The notes beneath the pieces are model-generated. The model saw nothing but the letters and a program-made list of their open reading frames with translations. It made no database searches and had not been told where the DNA came from. Made by a program: the position numbers and the translations under genes. From Mytilus edulis (lineage: Eukaryota), in NCBI RefSeq assembly GCF_963676685.1, contig NC_092346.1:58900001-58964000 (forward strand): DNA of 64,000 bases. Reading direction: 5' to 3'. This document shows, in pieces, positions 1 through 11,688 of this stretch. Every line of letters begins with the position of its first letter. Position 1 is the stretch's first letter.

Positions 1-1126
1 TTACAAAAATGAAAAACACACACTGAGAATTGAAAATTACACACTGAGAATTGAAAATTACACACTGAGAATTGAAAATAACACACTGAGATTTCAAAAA
101 GACACACTGAGAATAAATAAACTGAAAAACACACACTGAGAATTGTTAATTACACACTGAGATTTCAAAAATACACACTGAGATTAATATGCAAATTACT
201 AATGAATATTCATGAGATGAATAATTCAACAGATTAATATCTTGATCTCAAAAACTCTTGTCATTATAGTGAAATGCGATTCCTTCAACCAATTAACATT
301 CGTAATAAATTTCATGACTTAACATCGCTCATATTCACAAGTTTGTTGCCTATAATTCATATCATTACTACCAGTGTATCGGGACTTAAAACCGTTTTAG
401 CATGGGTCCCTTTTAAAAAGTCTTCCAACTGTTACCCTGATTTCGCAAGTTAATCTTTTATATTTTTGTTACGTTTATATGCTATTATAGACACTTAAAA
501 AACTTCACTGCATTATATGTTTTTCAGTGCAAATTGTTCCAAGTTTTCTTATAATTTTAATATAAAGTTTTCCATTTGGTATAAATATTTTGTAAGAAGA
601 ATAAGCGGGTATTTTTCTTGTCCTTGTATTTCTAAAGTTTTTTTTATGAATAATTTGGAACCAAATCGAAGGACTAACGAGTTCTGTCCCCTAGTTGCTA
701 TAAGCTTGTAATAGATTCAGATTAAGTATGCTAATTAGATATGTGCGCATAAAAAGTGCGCACAAATCTCAGTGTGTCATTTTAAATTCTCAGTGTGTAA
801 TTTCAAATTCTCAGTGTGTGTTTTCAATTTATTTATTCTCAGTGTGTCTTTTTGAAATCTCAGTGTGTTATTTTCAATTCTCAGTGTGTAATTTTAATTC
901 TCAGTGTGTAATTAACAATTCTCAGTGTGTGTTTTTCATTTTTGTAATCTCAGTGCGTCGTTATGAAATCTCAGTGTGTAATTTTTAATTCTCAGTGTGT
1001 GATTTTTAATTCTCAGTGTTTGTTTTGAAGTTTTTAAATCTCAGTGTGTTTTTTTTTATAATTCTCAGTGTGTAAATTTCTCGAAAAATGGTTTAAACAT
1101 AGTTTTGACGAGAACGGCTTGCCATA
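1..1126. mobile_element. Foldback-type non-autonomous DNA transposon with tandem-repeat arms (left end outside window)
   Basis: ACACACTGAGA(A/T)TT tandem units at 1-185 are mirrored by inverted TCTCAGTGTG units at 767-1075. The putative right terminus ...CGGCTTGCCATA resembles the ...CGGCGCCCCGTA terminus of the element at 26844-28083. Confidence 0.7.
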
Positions 1127-1325
1127 ATATCATATATGGAATTAGTATTGGGGTAACTGAAAAAATGAAATCATTGGATATGCCTACAAGAACGCGTGCT
1201 AGCAGCCAAATATTCATTGGCGGTGTGAAGCAATCTTCCAGTATTGATAATTCAACAAGGTTGCTTGGAATCCACGATTCTTACTTTTGTTACCAGATAA
1301 GGATCACTCTTCAAATGATTTATGT

Positions 1326-1394
1326 CACGGTGGGTATGGTTGTCCTGCGAGAGAACGTACTGTGCTGGTGATTTGGTCCTGACGGGTGCTGGTG
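1326..1394 (+). repeat. Left terminal inverted repeat with RSS-like heptamer CACGGTG
   Basis: Reverse complement of 13711-13779 at 68/69 positions. Confidence 0.95.
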
Positions 1395-2460
1395 ATCAAT
1401 GAAAAAATGTAAACAAAGACGAAAATAATGATTTTTGACGTTTTCACTCATAAAAAATGGAAGAAAACGGTTGAGATTTTTCAATTTTGTTTCTTATGGG
1501 TTCATATGTAAACCATTAAAAAGTTGACCCTCTAAACTTTTTCAGTAAGCGTAACACAGAAATGCTCATTTTCAGAAAATCTCGAACTAAAAAAATAAAA
1601 CAAAAATGCTCATAGAGTCCACTTTCTATACCGCAATCCACGCGACAAAACTATTTTGTGAAAAAACATTGCAATTTATTAACATTTAGCATTTTCTCAA
1701 TTTATTCATGTCCTGATACTGTGCTGGTGGGTCCTGTCATTGTGCTGGTGGGTCCTGATACGGTGCTGGTGATTTTGGATAAGAAGTTGGTCATATTTGA
1801 AACAAATGTTACAAAATCAATAAAATTGGGCAGATAATTGTTGTCAATAGGATCTATGACTCCTATTTTAGCTCTTGTGCATCCATTTGGCTGTTTAATA
1901 TGTGTTTTGAAATGATCGTAATCAACAATGATCAAAGCCAATGCCGCATAGACATGTTTGTTAGCGCTCCGCATACCCCTCCCCACTTCCACCCAACCAA
2001 CCCTCCTCATGTCCTCCTTCATTGTTACAGTGGTGTACCAACACAACAATTTATTACATAAAATAATAACACAAAGACACACATTATTGAATAACGAATG
2101 CTTGCAGGTACTGAAAGCTAGTTCAAAGCCGCATTTTCAACTTATAGATAAACCATGTTCTCATATACAAAAATCCCAATCGTGTAGTTTAAAAAAGTCT
2201 CAAAACTTAAGTTCACATTTTAATGTTTGATGAAGCAGAACTTTAAAAGTGTGCAGTGAATCTTGTTCTCACAACAGTTATTGTCATAATTATGTTTACA
2301 TAAGACTCATAAAGGAATTAAGAAGGTACCAAGCAATATTTTACAGTTCAATTTAATGATCATGAATGGAAGGAAATGGTACGTACGTTTACATAGGACA
2401 AAAAGAAATTGATAGTATTTTTTGGCGAAAGACTTAAATGCTTCCTTGCATTATATAGTA

Positions 2461-2736
2461 CAGCTCTTCTATAAAAGCATGCAAAAAAAAACTTTGATTG
2501 ACTTGCTTGCTATGTTTGCTTGGATGTTTTCAAACAATAGGTAGGCGGAGTTTCAATACATACTGGGATTTGATTGAACAAATACAAACTGACAGGAATT
2601 GAAGTTAATGTTTATTTTCCAAATAAATTGTAGTATATAGTAAACAGACTACTTACCTGTCGTTTACAAACATCCAAACAATCATAGCAAGCAATTTAAT
2701 CAATGGTTTGCTTTGCATATATTTATAGAAGAGCTG
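2461..2736. mobile_element. Tc1/mariner-type MITE
   Basis: TIR CAGCTCTTCTATAAA / TTTATAGAAGAGCTG, TA on both sides, largely palindromic. Confidence 0.8.
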
Positions 2737-3430
2737 TAAATTCTAAAAAAAAAAAAATTGTTGTCGTAGATGGTTAAATCCTCAACAAAATCACAATATC
2801 TTTGTTGGAACGAATAAAGGTTTTAAATCAAATTTTCGTGGACTTTTTAGCTTCCACCCTGACGAGACATGTTAGCTGTTCGTATGCTGTTGCACCTGAC
2901 GCACGGAAACTTTCACATTTCCATCTTCTTTTCTGAAATATTTTACCCAGCTCATACTTGACAGGACTGTTACCCCTAGTAAAAGGTGTAACCAATGAAT
3001 TGAACACAAGTTAAAAATTCCATAATACTATATAATTCATTTTATGTGTCAATTTGTTCGAAAAAAGTCGAAAAGAAGAGAGTTTTTTTAATGCCATGAT
3101 TATCTGCCGCTTTCTAGATCTATGCTTAGCATTTATTTCAGATGACATGGACTCCTCACCCTGGTGACCCTGCTGCCTTTCATAACTTTATCCGTATACA
3201 TATATTAATGGATAAACAAAAGGCTGCAACTGGTATTTGATTCGTTGTAACGAGAATATTTGTGGTGAATGGAAACTGTGAGGGTCAAAATCTTAAATTG
3301 CTTATAAATGTTGCTGGACCCAGTTTCGTTATCTGATCTGAATTTTCTGAAATGTGCAAGGTGATAGACATTTTGATTTTTTTTTACTCGGTAAGTTTTG
3401 CCCTAATTGCTTGAACATTTGCAAATATTA

Positions 3431-3692
3431 AAGCCGATTTCAATGAGTGTGTAGACAAAGGGAATATCTTTGGTTATCTTGCTTGCTGAACAGAAAAGTC
3501 ATTGTTAGGTTATGTAAACTACCCTACTTTAAGAGTAGACTAGTCCGACAAATGACACATCTTTCTGTCTGTAGGACCAGGCTAATTCGAAAGGAGGGTA
3601 TAGACCTTACCTAACAATGACTTCACGGTTTAGCTAACAAGCAAGGTAACCAAAGATATAACATTTGCCTACATACTCATTGGAATCGGCTG
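3431..3692. mobile_element. Palindromic MITE (TA-flanked)
   Basis: AGCCGATTTCAATGAGT...ACTCATTGGAATCGGCTG with long internal inverted symmetry. Confidence 0.75.
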
Positions 3693-4559
3693 TAACTAAA
3701 AACTCGAATACATTTTAACAGACAGTGGTCTGGTTTGTTGATGAATATTGTTTTTCCTAGATTCACTCTTGAAAAAATCATTTGGTAACATTTGGTCATT
3801 GTAATACGGACGCCAAGACAATAAATGAACCACATCTGCCTTTATCTATCTACTCACACGATCCCTCGACACAGTTGAGCTTATATATGATCTTATAGCG
3901 ATTCGGGTTAAAAATCAGTTGAAATTAAGCCAGTTATTTGTGTGTGTAGATTTGTATTGTTTTAAACTGTTATGACTTTTTAAAGTTAAATCTAGGTGTT
4001 TAATCTAAGAATTTCTTTTTTAAACTTATTTACTTGTTTTATACTCAATTGGTAGTATGAAGTTACGAGATATTTTAATTTTTGAAATTGAAGGCACAAT
4101 TAACAAAGCAAACGTTAGTTTCAAATACTTTTAAATAGATTTTTAAGGATAATGTACCCTTGTGTTGATCCCATGCTAAACATAACAAAAATTTCTGTAC
4201 AAAGGTCTGTGAATTTTCTACAAAAATAGTGATTTTATTTTCACCAAATTCTCTTTTTCTACTAATTACAATAATGAACTATAAATAATAATGCTTTGCA
4301 AGAAGTTTCCCCTTGATACATGTATATGTACAAAATTATATCTCTATTATTCATTGTCTGTGCTGTTTTGATACTATTGCAGTTTGCACATTTTCGTAAT
4401 TGACAGGCCACAGGAGGGGGTGATAAACCATACACGAAAATATAAAATATTGATCTAAGTACTTAATTTGCATCTCTGAACCCCCACCCCGGCTTGTTTT
4501 TTAGGAGGGTGTCTAAAAATGGTCGATTACAGACAGCCGAGTACGCATTTTACTTTCCA

Positions 4560-4697
4560 GGCCTCAGGGTCATAAAACTTTCGAGCATGATTTTTGTACT
4601 CAGACTCGAAAATCAACCAATCAAATTGCTGGATTTCATGTTTCGAGCATGATTTTTGTGCTCCGAGCACTTAGCAAAGTTTTATGCCTTCAAGGCC
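4560..4697. mobile_element. Short MITE (PIF/Harbinger-like)
   Basis: GGCCTCAGGGTCATAAAACTT ... AAGTTTTATGCCTTCAAGGCC in a CCAGG context at both ends. Confidence 0.6.
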
Positions 4698-6194
4698 AGG
4701 CGTGTTTACGTTGATTGTTAAAGTCCTGAAAACGGATAGATAGAAACAAAAATGTTTGATTTATCTGGCTTTAGATTCAGTTTTTTTAAATATAAATTAA
4801 GTCTACATTTTAATATAATAATACTAAGAATTCACAATATAAAAAAATGCAGAAAAAAAATGGAGATGTGAAATATCTTAATAAGGAGTCATTACTACAG
4901 AGATGGTGTGTTTGACACACAAAACTTAAAAGCTTAGTGATATTACCAATATTAAAATAAAAATGTATTTTAGTTTGGTAGTTTTTCCATTTACTCATTT
5001 TCAATCATAATTAAGGCACATTTGATTTTTTATTCATAAAAATATTTAAATATAGAAAAGTAGGGCACATTGTTCACTTCCTCCCCTGTAATTCTTTATC
5101 AAAAATATTTATTTATTTTGGAATTTTGAAATGAAAAAGCTAAGAAATCTTAAGTTTTGTTAATGTTCTCTAGGTTATCTCGTCTTCATTCTCTGACATA
5201 TTCTCTGACATATTCTAGTCTGCCCTTTCATAAAATAGTGAACTTTTTTTAGTGTTCTATCGAACTTTCGAAAAAAATACCTGATAACCGTTCAGACAAA
5301 AAAAATATGTTGAAAAAATCTTACAGATACAGCAAGTGATTCTTAATAGCTGTAAGATACATTTTTCTTTTAAAATACAACTTTTAAATCGGACGGGAAA
5401 CTATTCCAAGCTTAACACTTTCACTGTAACCTCGCTCTAACTTATCCCCCATCCCCCCCAAAAAAACCAAACAAACAAACCCGCAATACTATTGTCATTC
5501 TTATAGTTAGCACTCAATTTTTCACAAACAAATGTGTTTTAAGCTGCTAAAGACATATGATTCAAACGCTCAGAAAGTCCTTTCTTCTATATTTTTTCTC
5601 TCCATTTTTATACAAAACCTTTTACATTTTTATTTTATGGGTTATTGTTGAAGGTCGTACAATGACGACGTATGGTTGTTAACACATACTTTCTTTGGTT
5701 TCTTATGGAAATTTGTCCATTGACAAGAAATATACAACATCATCTACTTTATATAAGTATTGTATAAATTACAACGTATTTTGGCGATCTTGCAAAATGA
5801 TCGTAATCCCGAAAATCGTAAACATATTTTCTTATCTTACAAGTGTGGACACAGATGAGTGTGGATAGAATGTTTGGATGTTTGACAGTGTTTTATGATA
5901 AATGTAGTTCTATGATTTTCCTATATGTGTTGTTAACTGTGTTGCACGATGACAACCAACCGGAGCATTAGGAGTATTGTTTATTTTATATTTAGTTTAG
6001 TTTTTATGTTCAAGACAGGCATGGAAGAGACACTAATTGCATTAGTTACCAAATGATTATGATAGAATATGTTCCACATCTTTGATTTTGGATACATTTT
6101 ATAGTTAGGAGAGCAACACATAATAGGTTCAATTTTTCGTGATTTTTTTAAATTGGGAGATGCCATCAGAGATATGATATCTGAGAACATGATA

Positions 6195-6460
6195 TAAGGA
6201 GCCTGTAATTCAGTGGTTGTCGTTTGTTTATGTGTTACATATTCGTTTTTTCTTTATTTTTTGTACACAAATAAGCCTGTTATTTTTCTACTTTGAATTG
6301 TTTCACATTGTCATTTCGAGACCTTTTATAGCCGACTATGCTGCATTAGCTTTGCTCATTGTTGAAGGTTGTGCGGCGACCTGTAATTGTTAATTTCTAT
6401 GTCATTTTGGTCTGTTGTGGAGAATTGTCTCATTGGCAATCATATCACATCTTTTTTAAT
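6195..6460 (+). repeat. Abundant interspersed repeat (GGAGCCTGTAATTCAGTGG...TCATTGGCAATCATACCACATCTT family)
   Basis: Matches 29878-30145. Further copies in either orientation at ~39700-39900, 43415-43610, 48260-48410 and 48750-48840. Confidence 0.8.
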
Positions 6461-6498
6461 ATGTATTTGCTAACTATTTGTATGGTTCTATTTATATA

Positions 6499-7660
6499 TA
6501 CTGAGTGCCAATGAAAACGCAACACTTGGTTTTTAAAAAATAAAATTTATATTAGAAATCATAATCTTTCAAACTGAATTGTTCTTGAAAATTAACAATT
6601 CTAACAATAGATCGATATCAAACAAAAATGTTTCATTGTCATCTTTCGGGCGCAATAGATAAACGAAACATCCAATGTCGAATCATCAAATCACAGTCCT
6701 AACTAAAAATGTTACAACCCCGTTGTGCAGTGCAATCTCGACAGCGCCGTGGAATTGATCATCCCGGACGTTTAATGTGATCTCGGGGAATGTTATTCCA
6801 CTTGTCCTGTAAAGCAAACTCAAGCTGACTTTATGATATTGGTGGTGGTTTTCATCGTCTAAACTATGTCAAATCTGATGCAAAATTTGCTCTATCGGAC
6901 CTAAATCTGGCGAAACGCATGACTTTTGGCCAAGGCTGGTGCCAAACGTCTATGTAACCACCACTGATGATTTTTGGTACATAATAAATGATTTTTGGTC
7001 TAAAGAATTCGATGTTTACACCAGACAGCCGTTTAGATGTCGACTGAGGTCCTCTTTAACCGTTGAATTTCTGCGCAAATAGTGCTTTACTGAAATTGCT
7101 CCATAGGATCTACCGTGCCCACCATTGAACTCACGTGACCTTTGGACATTCATCAGAGTCGATATCGGATATGTTAAAGACCAAATGTATCGGTTTTACT
7201 GAGCGTTTCTTGCTTTTTGAACCCCGGGATGTGGCTTATCATTAACTGATCCATTTTTGTTGAATTTGTGGATGATTTGGGTTATTGTATGCTGTGAAAG
7301 GCTTCATTGGATCTTGCCCGAAACTGCATGTCGCTGGTTGTCAGAAAGTCCTGGCATTTACTCAGATGTTTATTGCAGTTTCCTTACAATAAGGGCGGGA
7401 AAATTCATGACATTAGCCAAGCTTTAAATGACAAAATCGTGAAAATGGTGCGTATGTTGAAAAGCGGTGAACTCGATTTATGTCCGTTCAAAATAACCCT
7501 TACTTTGCATTTGTTCCAAAAATCACCCAACCCTAAAGTTGTAGACAATTGTCTTTAAAGTCATTTTCAACCAACTTTACAAAGTTCTAATATAAAATAA
7601 ATAAAAATTATCAGACTTTTTTGAAAAACAAAAGTGTTGCGTTTTCATTGGCACTCAGTA
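6499..7660 (-). mobile_element. Tc1-family non-autonomous transposon (deletion derivative), copy 1
   Basis: TIR TACTGAGTGCCAATGAAAACGCAACACT, TA TSD, degenerate Tc1 transposase fragments. Homologous to 14713-15727. Confidence 0.85.
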
Positions 7661-10600
7661 TATCTTTGTGGTGGCTTGTCAGTATCATTAGTAAAACACC
7701 TTAAAATGTTGAATTGATCCTCAGATTAGAAGACATTTATTGGTTTTTAGTAATGACAATGCCTAACATGATGCTTGGGCCTGATGAGCTAGAAAGTAAG
7801 CTTCTGTGCTGTTTTCTATCAATTCTTTGATAATATCTCCTTCAAAGCTGGTGAAAGCAAAACAATTTTGGTCAATGGACAAATAATGTTTGGTTCAAAC
7901 AGAAAAAAATGCTTTTATCTCCCTGTTACTTACATTGTACATAGAAATGATAATACTTGGAGACATCCTTGTACATGAGAGTTGTCTGTAAAATCTTTAT
8001 TTCACAACGAATGAATTGCATAACAATGAACTGAGCTCAAAGCAAAGCACTTTAATAATACACTTTGACCGAGAGCTCAATCCAGTGATATACTTTGTAC
8101 TACAGGTCCTTCATGAACATCCATCAACCAGAACCATATCTCAATAACATGCCATTCTACATGGTTGGATCAGAAGTCCTGAAAAAGACATGATTTTTTT
8201 TTATTGTATTTAAAGTATATATGCATACATGTAGGTTAAAACTTTCACAAATTGGTGGTATAATCATTCAGTGTCTGGCAACTATCAATCGCTTCATGCA
8301 CAAACTGATATAGGTTGAGCATGAGTGCCCCTCTGTTGGAAATAAAAATATACCTCCACCTAATTTTAGTCAACTGATGAAGAAACATTCAAAACTACAA
8401 AATGTTATCAAAGACTTGTCAGTGTCTATATATAGCTAGTCACCATCGCCACTGAATCAGTGATATATGTACACATAAATACATGTAAGACTAAAATTAA
8501 AGTACATATATAAGACTAAAACTGACATTCGGTCTTTACCTTCATTCCCCAAGTCTTGTTCAAATCTGATTCATGATAAAATAAAAATCATAACCAATGA
8601 AATCAAAGGTAAATTAAGAGCCCACCCCCCCCTCCCCCTTGTCTGGAAAAAAAATGGTTGATTATTTAGAGAACCACTGGATCATGATCAGAGTGGTCCC
8701 TCTCTTAGGCAGTCAGTGGGCCCCCACTTATGAAAATTTCTGGATTCGCCACTGGAAATATCCCTCTAATAGACTAGCGTTTAAATCCCAGTTTTCTAAT
8801 ATGGTAGCTAGGTGGAACCTAAAACTAAAAAATTTGAAAAAAATATTTTAAATATATTTCAAATGCATGTACATGTGATAATATAAATTCTCCAAATTTC
8901 ACTGTATTTTCCCTTTTGATGTTTTTCAACTACAGCCAGTTTGGTGTGGGTTGATGTTTGATTGTTGTACATGTTATATATCGACATGAGATTTGTTTAT
9001 ATACATACAACCCAAAGAAATTGTTCTGGTCATATAAAAAAATGTTAAGCGTCTTAATTTTCTTCCAGTCTTAGTACCGCCTACTTAACGTTTTTTTTGG
9101 TACAATTTTCAATAAGCACTGTTAAAGTGTGTGAATAACGTATAAATGTTAAGTTTAATAAAAGACACAAAAACTGTATTGCTATCAATTCTAAAATGAG
9201 TTTTGAGGGTGGTGTGAAGAAGCAAGCTTATTATAATTATATATGCCAATCTCTTATTATATTATTTATTGGCAACCCTTATTACCCTCGTGACACAAGT
9301 TCTATTTATTTTTCACTTTTAAGAGGAAAATAAATGACTTAGGGTTAGCGCTAAAATTAGGGTAGGTCATCAGGTAACGGTAAACAAACATATACTATTT
9401 TTTTGCCTAAGACTAGTCATTTTGCCACTGAGTTTTGAGGGCAGTGTGAAGAAGAAAGCTTATGCCAATCTCTTATTATATATTATGCAAGTGTATTTCG
9501 AAAATTTTGAGGAAAATACAGCAAGATTAGAGTTAGTTTAGCATGGGCTTAGTTTATTTATAAACATAATGTAAACTTACCTAAATTTTCACTATTAACT
9601 ACTGAACAGGATCCGGAACACTAACAATACTATGGTATGAAAATACTTCTAATCTGCAACACCTACTAAAAGACCAAGAAATAAAGAGAAATCAAAAAGT
9701 AAAATAAATAAGTTTGATTGCACCTTGAGTGAATAATTCTACATATTCCCAAAAATTCATTTTTTATTGAATCTTGGATTTCTAAATACCTAAATTGACT
9801 GGCTGATTAAACATACACATGTATCAATGAACTTTAATAGATCAGGTTTTCAATGATCTTTCACTATTTTGGTTTCCCTCTTACACCTCAATTGATATCA
9901 ATAACCCCAAATAAGAGGCCCACAAACCATAAACTGAATACAATTTCATTAAATATCTGGGAATCCACCCCCTTTATAAGTAACGTACCACTCAGAAATA
10001 TTAATCTTAAATTTATGTAAATGAAAAGTAAGCTCCATAAATAAAATTCAACAATGTGGCTAAAAATTGACCATAGATAGACAAACAATTCACTTACATT
10101 CGCATTTGAACTATGTTTTTGTTAATACAAATTAAAAGTAAACGTCATTCAGACAGCTAAGCTAATTTGAGGCGCATTGCAATTCAAATTACAATTGATG
10201 GTAGGATGTAAACCTTTTCAAATGTGAATTAAACTAATTCAAATTAGTTAATGTCAATCCAATTCAAATTAGGTGTGAACTCTGTATTATTATCAGGTAG
10301 TTTTAAAACTGAAAGATACTTTTAAGGGAAGGGAAAGAAACGGTTGAAACCATGTGTGTTACAAACACTGTTTATTCAAGTCAGAATCCTGGATCTCAAA
10401 AGCACTTTCGTAATGTCAAATGAAAACATGAATATGATAGTAATATACAAAACTATTTATTACTAAGTAAACGACATTTATTTTAGTGAAAAATCTGCAT
10501 TCCAGGTGTAAATTGAGGCAAATAATATCATTGAGTGCATTTTCTTGTCAAGTGACCAGCAGACATTGAAATCTACCTTTTGAATGAAAGGAGAACTCAT

Positions 10601-11538
10601 AAGTTGAAAATGAATGATGTAAATCTAGATTCTAATAATAGCAAAAGGGAGCTCACATTCACAACAGTTAAAGCATTGCTGAGTTAGTGAACAGAGCATT
10701 TTTCTCATTAACTTAAATCCACCTATTGGAATGGATAAAACCCGAATTTTAAGACATAAGTTATAAAATATCTGATAAAAAGCAGTACTAAGCGTGCATG
10801 TTACGCTAGAAACATATTCAAAGAATACAGTTTTATAACTTCTTAATGTCATATCCAATATTTATCAAAACCTAAAGGGGAGATACATGTGTACATGCAC
10901 CTTACTTCCTATTTTTTTCCGTGGATGTCAATACACCTAATCGCTATTTATTCCATACCGGATAAGTTCTAACATTACACAACTTTTTCATCCAGTTGAA
11001 GCTATCTGGGGGCCGTTGAAACAATTCACCATGCACAATACTTTTTAATGAAAACCCTTTTAACTTACCGTAAATACTTAAAACAAAATCATTTTTACTT
11101 CAATTTAATTTCGAAAAAAGTGGATCATACTATATTAAAGTTTCTTGATGATCGCTTTCTAAAGTTTTTCCTCCCTCAGCTCTCTACTGAAAAACCTCTA
11201 TTTTCAGCCGCATGACCCAAACAGGAAGTTTTACATGTGACTGGTTTTGCCAGATTGGACTAAATAGCAATAAGGTGTATTTTCTGGGATTGTTGAAAAC
11301 TTGCATATTCATCACTATCTGATTTTATGGGTATAACAATCCAGACAGACAAATAGCAATAAGGTGTTTAGGAAAACATGACCTAAAGCCTCCTTCATAT
11401 AAGTCAAAAACTTGGGAACTCATACTGAATGGTCAAATGTGTTCAATATGAAAATTGCAGTTAAGATGGTAAAATCACAAATCAGCCGTTAACGAAATGG
11501 ACTGAAAGTATGACTTTTGCGCAAATTTAAAAGGGAAA

Positions 11539-11688
11539 CAGAGGCGGATTTAGAGGGGGGCCCGGCCCCCCCTTTTTGGGAAAAAATTTGGTTGCTTATA
11601 TAAGGAATCACTGAAGCGTGACTGGAGCGGCCCCCTCTTAGGTCAGTCAGTGGGCCCCCACATATGAAAATTCCTGGATCCGTCACTG
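11539..11688. mobile_element. Small MITE with G/C-run interior
   Basis: CAGAGGCGGAT...ATCCGTCACTG, flanked by GGAAA on both sides. Truncated relative at ~8620-8754. Confidence 0.7.

Larger units (their letters stand above)
2080..3900 (+). pseudogene. RAG1L: Decayed RAG1-like gene, N-terminal zinc-binding region and RING remnants
   Basis: Motifs in order: H..ITNACRY* (TGC AGG TAC TGA, 2103-2114; cf. RAG1 LRHLCRIC); SYCHNY (YCHNY at 2279-2293; cf. FCHNC); splice donor ~2378 and acceptor 3141; WTPHPGD.CC (3148-3176; cf. WHPHTPSCDIC); CL*MLLDPVSLSDLNFLKC (3299-3355; cf. RING CEHILADPV...FCRVC). Many stops and frameshifts. No catalytic core recognised. Confidence 0.55.
5980..11213 (-). pseudogene. 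RAG2L: Decayed RAG2-like gene (kelch-like repeats + C-terminal PHD-like finger), interrupted by nested insertions
   Basis: Exon-like minus-strand segments at ~11210-10905, ~10870-10575 (SIPIGGF), ~9990-9580, ~8178-7662 (GPSIMLG../LSLLKTNKCLLI*GS, kelch-like) and ~6190-5980 (CCSPN..K ... *CN*CLFHACL, PHD-like Cys/His spacing). Convergent with the RAG1-like remnant. Confidence 0.45.

Noticed and set aside
728-988. ORF rich in SQCV/SVC
   Set aside because: Translation of a tandem-repeat transposon arm.
1702-2082. 126-aa minus-strand ORF inside the RAG-like element
   Set aside because: Its C-terminal repeats come from the subterminal DNA motifs and it has no recognisable domain.
5170-5350. Possible RAG1 C-terminal remnant (HKIVNFF..FRKK)
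   Set aside because: Too degenerate and low-complexity to support by eye.
7781-7797. CTGATGAG..GAAA hammerhead-like string
   Set aside because: No credible stem II or flanking stems.
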